From Guillardia theta CCMP2712 (taxonomy: Eukaryota > Protista > Cryptophyta), in contig NW_005434589.1 in the NCBI RefSeq assembly GCF_000315625.1, forward strand, positions 75,330 to 139,329: a stretch of DNA of 64,000 nt, read 5' to 3'. The notes under the pieces are model-generated. The model saw only the letters and a list, made by a program, of their open reading frames with translations, was not told where the DNA came from and did not search any database. A program made the translations under genes and the position numbers. Below are positions 49,812 to 62,077 of this stretch, in pieces (position 1 is the stretch's first letter; every line of letters begins with the position of its first letter).

Positions 49812-51155
49812 CTATCTTTTCCTCATCGCACCAACTTGTTTCTTGATTTTCTCAGCTCTTGTAACACCTTCGTCCTCCCTTGTCGGGAACTCGTACACGC
49901 ACTGGAGCAACGTTAGAGGAGCAGAACGGGTTCTATATTCACCTCGACACAGATTCGATCCCCATTGAACTTGACTCCCTCTTCCTGCTTCAACATTCAA
50001 AAGACATCTCCCCAAACATCCTTCCCCTTGTTGCACCATTAGCATGGTTCGCTTCTTCTTCACTTTCGCCGAGGAGCTTCCTATCTCTCCACTGCCATAG
50101 TTCCCTTCATGACACAGTACTCAATCCCTCATCGTACCTGAAACCTCCCAACGTCAGATCGCTGGAAACGACTCTATGGCAGGGAACGTGAGGAGCAAAG
50201 GGGTTCCTCCTCAGTGCCTGCATCTCTAGTTACCCGAGCACAGTCGATCAAAGATATCAGTATCCTTCAACCCCCCCTCCACCAACATCAACATCATGAA
50301 GCTACCATTTCGAGGTTCCAAAGTATTCCCTTCGAATTTCCTGATACTAAAATTATTGAAATCTCAACTCGCACAACCCTGGGGGAGTCGAACCCCCTAC
50401 CGAGCCTCTCTCGGGGTCAAAGAGCATTCCTCCTCCGCTATCTCTCCAAATCACCGANNNNNNNNNNNNNNNNNNNNNNNNNNNNNNNNNNNNNNNNNNN
50501 NNNNNNNNNNNNNNNNNNNNNNNNNNNNNNNNNNNNNNNNNNNNNNNNNNNNNNNNNNNNNNNNNNNNNNNNNNNNNNNNNNNNNNNNNNNNNNNNNNNN
50601 NNNNNNNNNNNNNNNNNNNNNNNNNNNNNNNNNNNNNNNNNNNNNNNNNNNNNNNNNNNNNNNNNNNNNNNNNNNNNNNNNNNNNNNNNNNNNNNNNNNN
50701 NNNNNNNNNNNNNNNNNNNNNNNNNNNNNNNNNNNNNNNNNNNNNNNNNNNNNNNNNNNNNNNNNNNNNNNNNNNNNNNNNNNNNNNNNNNNNNNNNNNN
50801 NNNNNNNNNNNNNNNNNNNNNNNNNNNNNNNNNNNNNNNNNNNNNNNNNNAACCACACACACACACACATGGAGGTTCCTTGTGACTAACCTGTCCAACC
50901 GCTCTAGGGCTGGAGCCAAGGAACTGAGCTATCCTCCCATACGTCGAGACCTTCCCTGTTGGAATCTGCAATCGATGTAAGGCAGATGAGACATTCACAC
51001 CAGGTGATAGGGCACGACAGCTGGGAGTGCAGGGATGGAGGCAGAGAAACACAAGACATCACACAGCTTCGAAGCCGACAAGACAGCTCGCTCACTTGTT
51101 TGCATGCCGCGTACACCCTCCCCGCATGGCTCTGCGCTGCCACCTCTCCTGCCAT
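49812..51155 (-). CDS. MGMT: O6-methylguanine-DNA methyltransferase (single-domain AGT); multi-exon, spans a gap
   Basis: Spliced: RVYAACKQ|IPTGKVSTYGRIAQFLGSSPRAVGQ|ALRRNPFAPHVPCHRVVSSDLTLGGFS...KKKRTMLM|EEGVKF; the PCHR active site is intact. Confidence 0.92.
50374..50447 (-). other. tRNA-derived / Pol III-like element in an MGMT intron (pseudo-tRNA or SINE head)
   Basis: Minus strand shows A-box-like TAGCGGAGGAGG and a perfect T-arm/B-box GGGGG-TTCGACT-CCCCC. The acceptor stem does not pair and the anticodon loop is non-canonical. Confidence 0.4.
50458..50850. other. Assembly gap (393 N), flanked by (AC)n
   Basis: Run of N. Confidence 0.99.
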
Positions 51156-51169
51156 CGTCGCACTCAGGG

Positions 51170-53480
51170 CCGGTGCAGCGGGCCCACCGTGGGCTCCGAC
51201 CCTCCCCGGCTGCCCCGGCCCCGCCTTCCAACTGATTCAATTTTCACTCCGAGGCTCGCCGGAGCCTCGGAGCGCGGCGCCGGGCCCAGGCTGCCACGAC
51301 GCGGTTACCCGGCGTGGCCCTATCGGGTCTTTAAGTGACGTGACAGTTAACTCAGATGGTTCACGTCGGACTCATCGCTGCAATTGTGCGGGGGAATGGT
51401 TCTGCGCGCAGTTAAGTGAAGGCCCGGTATCAGTTACTCAACTTGACGGTTCAAGTTTGGGGGACAGCAGTCGGCAGGATCATAGGGGTTTGGTTATCGC
51501 GGGGCTGCCCGGTGTCGGACGGTCACGCCTTTTCAGGGCCGCCGCGGCGGCTCGAGTCGCGGCGCTGACTCCGGCCGGCGCGGCGCCGAGGGCCGCTCCG
51601 AAGTTCCGACTGCGGGGCTTCAACATGATGCCAGCCGGATCGTATGCCCCTGAGCCGTGCCAGTCAGATAGCGCCGCGGCCCCCGGCGAGTTAACTTGGC
51701 AAAAACTCTCTGTAAACCAAGACGACTTACGTGTCAAGTTTCAAGGCGGCAATGTAGTGCAGAGACCGGCCGGATCAGGCGACGGTCACTGGCACTGATT
51801 GATCCCAGCCGATCATCGGATGAGCCGCCGAGGGCCATACAGCCGGGCAACGGTTGCCATGATCGGAAACTGCGGCCGGGCGACTGTACTACTCACAAGC
51901 GGCGACCGCCGCTGTGCGTCCGGCGCCCGGTGACTCAGGCTCCAAGCTGCTTCTTGCTCAGGCTCCTAGATCCTTCTCCATCCATCTTTTACCTACACAC
52001 TCTCCTTCATAGAAACCTCGTCAGTACCCTCAACACTCCTCCACCACCTGAACTCGACTGTGCCGCACTGGACTTGTTCGTCAGGCTCCCCCTCTGATCA
52101 GTCAGACTCCCCAGACACCTTTCTGATCATCTCGTCATCCATCCCATCAGTCAGTGTGCTTCAAATCCCATCGATTTCAATTGTCACCCATCTGACTTTC
52201 TCAATCCAAATTTTCCACCCAATGATGTCCACCATTCATGACCAATGTGTTTGTCCTCAGTAAAGGTGTTAGAGACTGCACAGCTGTGTATCGTTGAGGT
52301 GAATAAGGTTGGTGTAAGGATCTCAGGTGTACTGAGAGTTAGTCTTTGGTGGATCTTGGGTTAAACAGATTCTGGCCAGTGAGGTGGAGGTTGATTCGAT
52401 TATTATTGAATATAAAGAAGACCGCTGTGGCTCATCATTCCGGGCCCCGGCGAGTGTCGGGCCCGGCCCGCCGGACGGTCCTGATGATTGGCCTCGCCGT
52501 ACTCACTGATTTTGAACTTTGAGTAACCGGAACGATAGCCATGAAAGAAGTTCGGAAGTATGAAAGAAGTTCGGAAGTATGCTGTTGACCAGAAATTGGC
52601 TAGGATGGATCACCAAAATTTGAACTTTTCCGAAGTATATTGGAATATTCCATTCATGTTCAAATATCAAACAGGCGGGAAGAACGTTTAGACCCTACCT
52701 GTTACAAACCATGATTCCTTGGGCCAGAATGGGGTAGTGCGAATCGCACCATCCCTTCACTTTTTTTTTGGTTTTTCTTCAGTTCATCAAACGGACGGCA
52801 GCAAGTGGGTGGGGTACATCATGCAAAAGACCTCGGATGGTGGGGTGTGCAAAAAATACCGGTACAGATAAATCTCTCCTTTACATACCCCTTTCTTCTT
52901 AGAAAGAATTGTGGAATTAAGAGGGGTAATAAGAAAACTTCATCATCCCCTGGTGGGGTAGAGAAATCAGAAATTTGAATTTCAGGTCTCAGGGTAGGGT
53001 TAAGTCTCTCAAGGTTGTCGTGGAAATAAGTGGGGTGGTCTCAACTGCTGAATTCAAACGGCTGGAGGACAAGTCATGGGTAGGTTGTATCTAATACCGG
53101 TTCTTTTGACCTTAAATCCTTCTTGAGCTTTGGGTACTTTGATTATGCCTATCAGAATGGGGGTGGGGGTGTCTTTGTGTTCCTGGCGCCGCTAACCGAA
53201 ACGACTTTCCTTGGGGTGGGTCCTTCATTTTGTTGAGGTGGGGTGTAAATGATTCGAGGTAGGGTCATTTGAATTTCTCAGTACCGGTGGTATCACCTCT
53301 CTTGTATTTACCCGTGCTATATAGTTTCTTATCATGGGTGTAGTCAGGTTTCTTACATCTGCATGGTAGGGACCAAATTAGGAGATTTGGGGGTAGGGTC
53401 CAAGAAACACAAGTTCCATTAGGTAGGGTAGTTTGAATTTAGTGGGGTGGGGTAGGGAGAGGTTGGTTTGAACGGCGGGC
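51170..53480. promoter_or_regulatory. Divergent MGMT / beta-tubulin intergenic region with GC-rich CCGG patches and a GGGGTR-motif cluster
   Basis: CCGG/GGCC-rich at 51170-51950 and 52440-52500; many GGGGTAG/GGGTAGGG/GGGGTGG motifs at 52730-53460. Confidence 0.5.
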
Positions 53481-53674
53481 GCGGGAGGGGCAGAGAAAGC
53501 GAGTCGAGCAGGTGACTATGGCACGCGTATCATGCTCGCTGCAGCGCTTCCTTCCTCTATCCTCCTCTCCTGTGATTATTTCTGCATGAACTTCTGTGTT
53601 TTTATTTTCTTCATCCCTGAAACAATTGCCCACAACAAAAGCTGAAATGTTCTGCAGTCTTGTTCACATCGTAA

Positions 53675-55068
<1,394 letters not shown>

Positions 55069-55663
55069 ACTAACCTGAAATAATCCTACACCGTACTCAC
55101 TTGTTTATGATTTAAGACCAAATAAATTAATTTCAAAAACAACTTGTCTTCCACAACTTTCCATTGTGTTGGCAAGCGGTCTATACTTGAGCTTGACTAG
55201 CTGAGCTTCAGTGTCAATTTTGTTCAGGCATGTCAATTTTATTCACTCAACACTCCATCTAGATGTTGTCTTACACGAGGTGCATGTAGATAGTTTGAGA
55301 TCAATCTTCATTTCATTTCTAGCGTGAAGGTGTTGTATTCAACATTGACATGATCATTAATGATGACAGAACCCGGTAGTAATGAAGAGATAAGACTCGA
55401 GACGCGCTTTGGTTCTACTTCCAAGTTCGGACGCTCTTTGGTTCTACAAGTAACTTAGCCTCGGCAGTGATCGCCGTGAGCCCGGCCGCTCCCTACTTAT
55501 GGGGCGGACTGCCCGGCCCGGAGTCACTCCGAGGCTGCTGCGGCCCTGACCGTGACCGTGCCAGGCTCGGAGGAAGAGCCTGCAGTGACTGCAGGCAGCG
55601 AGGCTGCCGGGATACGAACTGAGGCGGGCGTTGTGAGGGCTCACTGATGACCTTCGGCCACTA

Positions 55664-58584
55664 ATGCCGCCACTGTCGCTCCTGGTGATGGCGCTATGGG
55701 CGACGAGCTTCTGCCCCCTCAGCCGCGCTGCCGTCGTGCCCTTCACCTCTTCCTGCGCCCTCACTGACCAATGCTTGTCCAACATGCTGCTTTCCAGGAG
55801 AGACGCCTGTGCTGGCTTACAGTACCGGTCCATTTGCGAGTGCCGACCAGGGTTCTACATGGAGCAGGGGCATGCAAGCCTTGCTCCCTTAAGGCTTCTG
55901 CATGTGCTGAGGGATCCTATCTTGTTGGCTGTGGAGAAGGGGGGGGTCAGAGTGGCACGTGTGAGCTGTGCAGTCAGTGTCCCCCCGGCACCTTCTTCAG
56001 GGGCAACTGCAGTCAGAGCAATACTGGGTGCGTGGCATGTCCAGAGGGCTTCTTCCAGGACGAGCAGACAAGTAACAAGACGTGTCGACCCTGTCCCTCC
56101 AATTCTCGATCAGACTCTGCACGGACTGCCTGTCTCTGTGATGCTGGATACAACATGCTCAACGGCTTGTGCGTTGCTTGCACCCCTAACATGACAATAG
56201 ACTGGAACAACTCGCAGTTCAATTGCGCTTGTCCGCCTGGATATGCTCGTGTGTCGCAGCATCGTTGTACTCGCTGCTCGCCTGGCTTCTTCGCGCTTCC
56301 AGACGCTAACAGTATGTGTCCAACTTGTCCCTTACTGAATGCCAGCGACGACAACGGATCATGCCTTGCCTGTCCCTCGGGGAAGTACTCCAATACCTCT
56401 GCTGCTTCCATCTGCTCCAATTGCTCCATCCCTTTCAGCGGCTCTCTCATGCCTGGGGCGACCTCCTCCTCCAACTGCTCCTGCCTGCCTGGCTACAGTG
56501 GAGGAGAAGATAGTTGTCTCGCATGTTCACCGGGCATGTACAAGGAAAACTACGGAAGCAGTCAGTGTGCTTACTGCCCGAGCGGAAAGTTTTCGGAGCA
56601 CTATGCCAGCTCAGCGTGCAGTGAGTGCTCATCAGCCTCAGGTGTCGTCACGTTCGGGGCCTCGAGCTGTTTGAACTGTTCGTGTAGCACCTGCGCCATG
56701 GGGACAGCTGCCTGCGAGTGCTGTGCAGATGCGGGATTTTATGCGAGGAGGAAGAACTCCTCCATGACATGGCTCCTCGCTCAAGCTGAAGAATCTTGCG
56801 ACGCTGCTTGCGGCAGGGCTGCAGCGACTTGCGTAGAATCCGAGCTTGTGCAGATGATGAACTTTACACAAGTCCTCGGAATCCGCTGCCAGACAACCTT
56901 CTCCTCCCCATATCCCATAGCCGCGGCTCCCTACTGCTACAACCCGCGCGCTAGTGTGCAAGGAGAAATGGTGTGTGACGAGTGCGTTTTAGCTCCGGGC
57001 TCCTCATGCGCTGCCGACAACGTGGGGGCGCGGAGAAACACATGGTATGCCAAGACCAAGAGGGTATGTCCCTGCCTCAGCTTCTCCTACTCCATCGTCC
57101 CCTGCCCTCCCGGCAAGATCTCCACAGGAGGTGCTATTTTGGACTGCTCCGAATGCGACGCTAGCGCGACTGCTGATGAATCCAGGCGCTTCTGCGTGTG
57201 CCGGGGAGGGTATGAATTCGTCTTCGGCTCATGCAAGTCCTGCAACCCTGGCAAGTACAAAATGAAGGGAGAGAACGATGTTTGCTCCAGCTGCTCTGCT
57301 GGCTCATTTGCTGGGGAGAGTGCGAGTACGACTTGCTCGCTATGTGGTCCGGGCGAGTTCAGCTCATGGAAGGGCAGCAGCAACTGTTCACTGTGCGAGC
57401 CGGGCACGTTCTCGAATCAGTCGGGGGCGATCTCATGCAGCCCCTGCGAGCCGGGGGCCTTCGCTTCCGCTTGGGGCTCTCTCTCCTGCTCCCTCTGTCC
57501 CAACGGAACTTTCTCGAGCAGCCCGGCCAGTGTGGAGTGTCAGGCATGTGGAGAGGGGCAGACGTCGATGCGAGGAAGCAGCGCCTGCGTTTGCGCCCCC
57601 GGCTTCTTCCTTCACTCAAATCTGAGTCGCTGCATTGCCTGCCCTCCTGGAACCTTCAAGAACGTCTCAGGCGATGCAGCCTGTGACGTCTGCCCCGTTC
57701 CCACTTGTTCCAATCTCACTGGCGCGACCGCATGCTCCTCCTGTGCTGCTCCCACAGCTGCGAACCAGACGCGTGGTTGCCTTCCAGGCTTCTCGCCAGA
57801 CCCTCAGGATGAGATGCAGTGCCTGCCCTGCTCCCCGGGAACCTTCAGCAATGGCTCTAGCAGCTGCCTTGCCTGTCCTCCCGGCCTCTACTCTAACGCT
57901 TCTCAGTCCGCATGTCGTGAGTGCCCGCAAGGCACCTTCACCAACACATCAGGACAATCCACCTGCCTCTCCTGCCCTCCTGGTGCCTTCCTTCTCAACT
58001 CCATCTGCTATCCCTGCCCTGCAGGTCTCTTTCTCTCCAATTGGTCCTCGTGCTCTGCTTGCCTTCCAGGCTCCTTCTCTCTGCAAGGCTCCTCGTCTTG
58101 TCAGGCTTGCGGCCGAGGCTTCTTCTCCAACTTCTCGGGAGCTTCTGCGTGCTTTGACTGCGGCAGCGAAAGGCTTTCCAACGAGACGCGCGCGACCTCA
58201 CTTGACGAGTGCAGGGCACCAGCACCAGCGCAGGAGGAGCAGACTGTGTGCAGTAGCGTATGGAATGTTTCGCTCCTCGGTGAGTCTTGCTCGAGCGTGT
58301 GCGAACGGGGAGGGAGAACATGCGACGTGGGGCTGCTGAGAGAGGCAGCTGGGGAGACGGAGCTGGTGTGGCGCTACCTACGCTACGAGTGCAACGACTG
58401 GCTGGGATTGGAGGTGCCTGAGCTCGACGTGGCACCGCTGTGCTGGAAGCCATGGGGAAGGAAGTGCGACTGTGTGGTGGTGCCGGAGACGAGAAGGGAC
58501 AAGATAACATGCGAGTCGTCTGCTGAAGGGTTCCGCATCTGCCCTTGCAAGAGCTGCACTACAAGTATCAAGACCCTGCAATGA
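55664..58584 (+). CDS. Secreted intronless Cys-rich protein (TNFR/GCC2-GCC3 repeats plus two MGAT5-C-terminal-like modules); apparent 1-bp frameshift near 55867
   Basis: Signal peptide MPPLSLLVMALWATSFCPLSRA; many CxxCPxG(T/K)(F/Y) repeats; many N-x-S/T sequons. ORFs 55664 and 55771 switch frame at a G4 run. Confidence 0.8.
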
Positions 58585-58706
58585 TGAATATGAGAGGGAC
58601 AGAGCGAAGGGAGCTGGGGATACAAAAGGCAAGAGAGGAAGTAAAGGAGGAGAATCAGTTGTAAACACAAATTGATATGCGAGGAAGGTGTAGTAGTAGT
58701 TTGAAT

Positions 58707-60534
58707 TCATAAAACGTGAAACTCTGAAGTTCGTGTTGTCATCTCTATCAGTTTCACTTCCTCGTCCTTCCCGCTGATCCTCTACACGGCCATCAGTTGC
58801 GGAAGGGAGAACTCGGACAGTGACAAAGGGAGTAGGGAGGCGCTGGATCAGAGGAGCGAAGGAGGCCGGATGGTCAGATGGATGGGAAGGGGACATGGAG
58901 TGGCAAGGGAGGAGAGAGAGGAAAGATGAGGGAGGCAGAGAGAGTCGAACGTGCAAGGAGGGGAAGCCAACAGGAGAAGTTGAACTAGGAGCGAGAGGAA
59001 GGGGGGAAAAAAATAGGCGGGCAAACTGACCTGTTCTTTCAAGTCGAACCACTTACGACACTCGTTGAAGAACCACATGTCTGGGAAGACATCGTCAGCC
59101 TCCTCTTCTTCCTCCTCCTCCTTACCCTCCTTCTCCAGCTCACCATTTTCGTGACCTGGCCCTCTTCTTTCTTTCCACGTCATCATTATCCGCCCTCCCT
59201 TATGAGATGTCAGCCATCGTAGTGAGTTCAAGAGCTTCATGAGGACACTGCGCGGCTGCCCGTAGACAACATCTGCTGCCAGGATCAAGTCTATCCTCCC
59301 TTCCCGCACAATCTCTGCACAATCTTCTTCGACCCCCCACTCGCACTTTTTGACATGAAGGCATCTCTTCTCCTCTTCTCTCGTGCAGCTCAGCCCCTTG
59401 CAGGGTTCAATTCCGTTGAGAACCACATTGTGCTGCAGCAGAGGCAGCTGCTCGGCAACGTCGCAGACAATCACGCGCTTTGCTCCCGAGAGCCAACATA
59501 GGATGCCAAGCATTCCCGTGCCGCTGCCTATCTCGACAATGGTCAGCCCACTTGGATCCAGCCCTCCACTCCCTCCTCTCCCCAAGAGCTCGCACAGGTA
59601 TATACTTCCATCCCAAACTACACTCCCAGTGCCGTCAAAAGTCTCTTGGAGATCCTCTTGGAGCCACCACGGGGAGTGACTGCGGGGCCCGCACGAGCGA
59701 CCGACTTTCTGATCGATGCGAAGGCTGAGGCCATTGAAGGAGAAAGACATCAAGCCCTCGTTCCACCTCTGCTTGAGATGGCTGGGATGTACGCCAGCAG
59801 GAAAGCAGAACACGAGCAAGTGCAAGCCACCGATCGCGACCCTTGTCCTCTCTCTTCTATTCTTGTTTCCGCTCATCATGCTCAAGCATCTTGACCCTCT
59901 TCGTCTCTTCTCACTCTTCCTCCTCCTCTCTTGTCGCCTCCCCCCGGCCTGCAAGTGCCAGCGCTCGTCATGGTCGAAGATGACTGTCTTTACTCAAAGT
60001 TAAGTTAAAGATCAGTACGAGGACAATCAGGAGAGTCGAGGAGGCTTGACCCTCACACTGTCGCACAGGCCAAACGGCGAGAAGAGAAAAGACAGCGAGA
60101 ACCAAACCTAATCCTGCCAACTGTTGTCCCCCAAACTTAACTGAGTTGCGATCACATCGGTCAGTTAGCAATGGATTTGGATGGCGGGTCGGGATGAGGG
60201 AAGGAAGTTCAGGAGAAGCAGAGAAGAGGGAAAGGGTCAGAGAGGAGAGCAAGAAGACGAGATAAGGAGAGGATGAGGATGAGGATGAGGATGAGGATGA
60301 GGATGAGGATGAGGATGAGGATGAGGATGAGGATGAGGATGAGAGAAATGGGTAGGGATGATGGGAAGAACAGGGGGAGAGGAGGGGAGGAGGAGGGGAG
60401 GAGGATGAGGAGGAGGGCGAGGGGAGGGCGAGAGGAGGGCGAGAGCCGGGAGGAGAGGAGAGGATGGGGAGAGGATGAGGAGGGGAAGAATGCATACCAA
60501 GGGGAGGAGGAGAAACCATGCAAGGAGCAGCCAT
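58707..60534 (-). CDS. METTL21/Methyltransf_16-family protein lysine methyltransferase with a hydrophobic N-terminal segment; multi-exon, start uncertain
   Basis: GTGSVVWDGSIYL, IVEIGSGTGMLGI, VIVCD, LLQHNV, CEWG, DLILAADVVY; upstream exon LAGLGLVLAVFSLLAVW. Confidence 0.82.
60269..60341. repeat. (GAGGAT)n microsatellite, intronic
   Basis: About 12 copies. Confidence 0.9.
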
Positions 60535-61158
60535 GGAGGCGATACAAACAGTTATAACTGGTGAAGCGCTGTAACTGATGATGGACTTATTTGACTGTAT
60601 GCTATATCGCGTCTTTTCATATTTAAAAAATATAAATAAACAAAAATCATTGCGATTTTATGTCCTTTCGAAGAGGTCGGAGTCAGACTCCGACGACAAA
60701 ATTCTATCTCCAGATAAAATTCGTTACCAATTCCTCGTGACTTTGCAGGGATATTGTCCAAATCATGCTATTTCGCAAAGGAGATTTCCAGAGATTTCTG
60801 CAGGGAAGGGGTTCAAGGGGGCCGATCTGACGGTAGGGTGGTGCTTAAAGCGACCACCCATCCAGCACTCCCCACCCCCCCTTTTCATAACTTAGATTCT
60901 AAATATTAGGGGTCCTCTAGCTCTATTAAAACCCTGCATGTACCCCTACCCCCCGTTCGTCAGTACACCACCATACCCCTGGTCGAATCCACCCCTTCCC
61001 CTTCGTTCGCGTTTCTCAATGCACTGGATCAGCAAAAGTCGTTCCAGCTGCTTCGATTGAGCTCACAGTCTACCAGCTCTGCTCCTGCTCCTGCTCCTGC
61101 TCCTGCTCTCCTCCTCATAATCTTTCATGTGCACGTCGGTGCAGCCGAGTTGGGCGTG

Positions 61159-61835
61159 ATGTCTGTAAATCTTGACGTGTACGTTCCTCTTGCCGCTGCT
61201 CATTCGGGGCTGGAGCCCATGCTCAGTTCTAACATTCAAAATCTTCACGCGCTTGAGGAGAATCAGCCCTTGCCGAACCTGCCTCGTCCTTCTTCGGTCT
61301 ATTTTCTCATCCAGGAATGCACCGGGCTCCCCAAGTCCAAGGACTTTCTCTTGGATACCTACGTTCGTTTCTCCAGCGGAACCTATGAGGTGAGAGGTGC
61401 CCATTGCTCATCTGGTGATTGATGACGCTGCTTCACCAGGCGAGATCTGCTGTGCAAGAACACTCTTCCGCACCGTTCTGGAATGAAATATGCCAACTTA
61501 ACGTGCCCTGCCTGCCTGCAGAAGTCAAGATACAGGTGATTGAGCCTTGTTGTCGAGTCACCTTGACGATCTCGCAGGTTATCGTGAAGCAGTTGCGACA
61601 GGACGTGACCATGTTAGAGGCAAGTATTCCCTTGACGCAGGAGCTCGTGAGCTGCTTCATGGACGAGAAGCTAGAGCTGCAGCTCTCGTCGGCCTTGCCC
61701 AACTCCCTCCGCCTCCCCCTCGACGCCGAGCAAGCTCGCTGCAAACTCAGACTAAGCTGGAGCTACGACGTTGATGATGTGAACATCATCAAGAAGGGGT
61801 TGTGGCCCCTCACCTCCGAGAAGAAGTGCTTATAG
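61159..61835 (+). CDS. Small C2-domain protein
   Basis: VYFLIQECTGLP...DTYVRF...|ARSAVQEHSSAPFWNE...VKIQ|VIVK...EASIPL...CKLRLSW; two short GT-AG introns. Confidence 0.7.
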
Positions 61836-62077
61836 CACTTGTGTCGCTTCTTCCCGCCTTCTCGCAGAAGATGTTTCATATAGAAATTTGTATTCTTACG
61901 CGGAACTTGTCAATCTTGCTCTTGTAAATTATTCTCTCTCAAGATGTGATTGTATGTAGCGGTGGAACTAGTCTGTTAGAACAAGACCCCTTCATAAAAC
62001 TATTGAACAGAAAAATGACTCCACCCATGTCACTCACGACTAGGGAAGCCAAAGGTGAAACGCTTGCTCGTCTCTTC

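Noticed and set aside
50214-51052. ORFs containing long X runs
   Set aside because: Artefacts of reading through the N gap.
50959-52097. 279-aa and 133-aa plus-strand ORFs
   Set aside because: Non-ATG or weak starts, no domain motifs, overlap MGMT antisense and a GC-rich promoter patch.
52730-53460. Telomere-like repeats
   Set aside because: The motifs are dispersed and variable, not tandem; treated as promoter elements instead.
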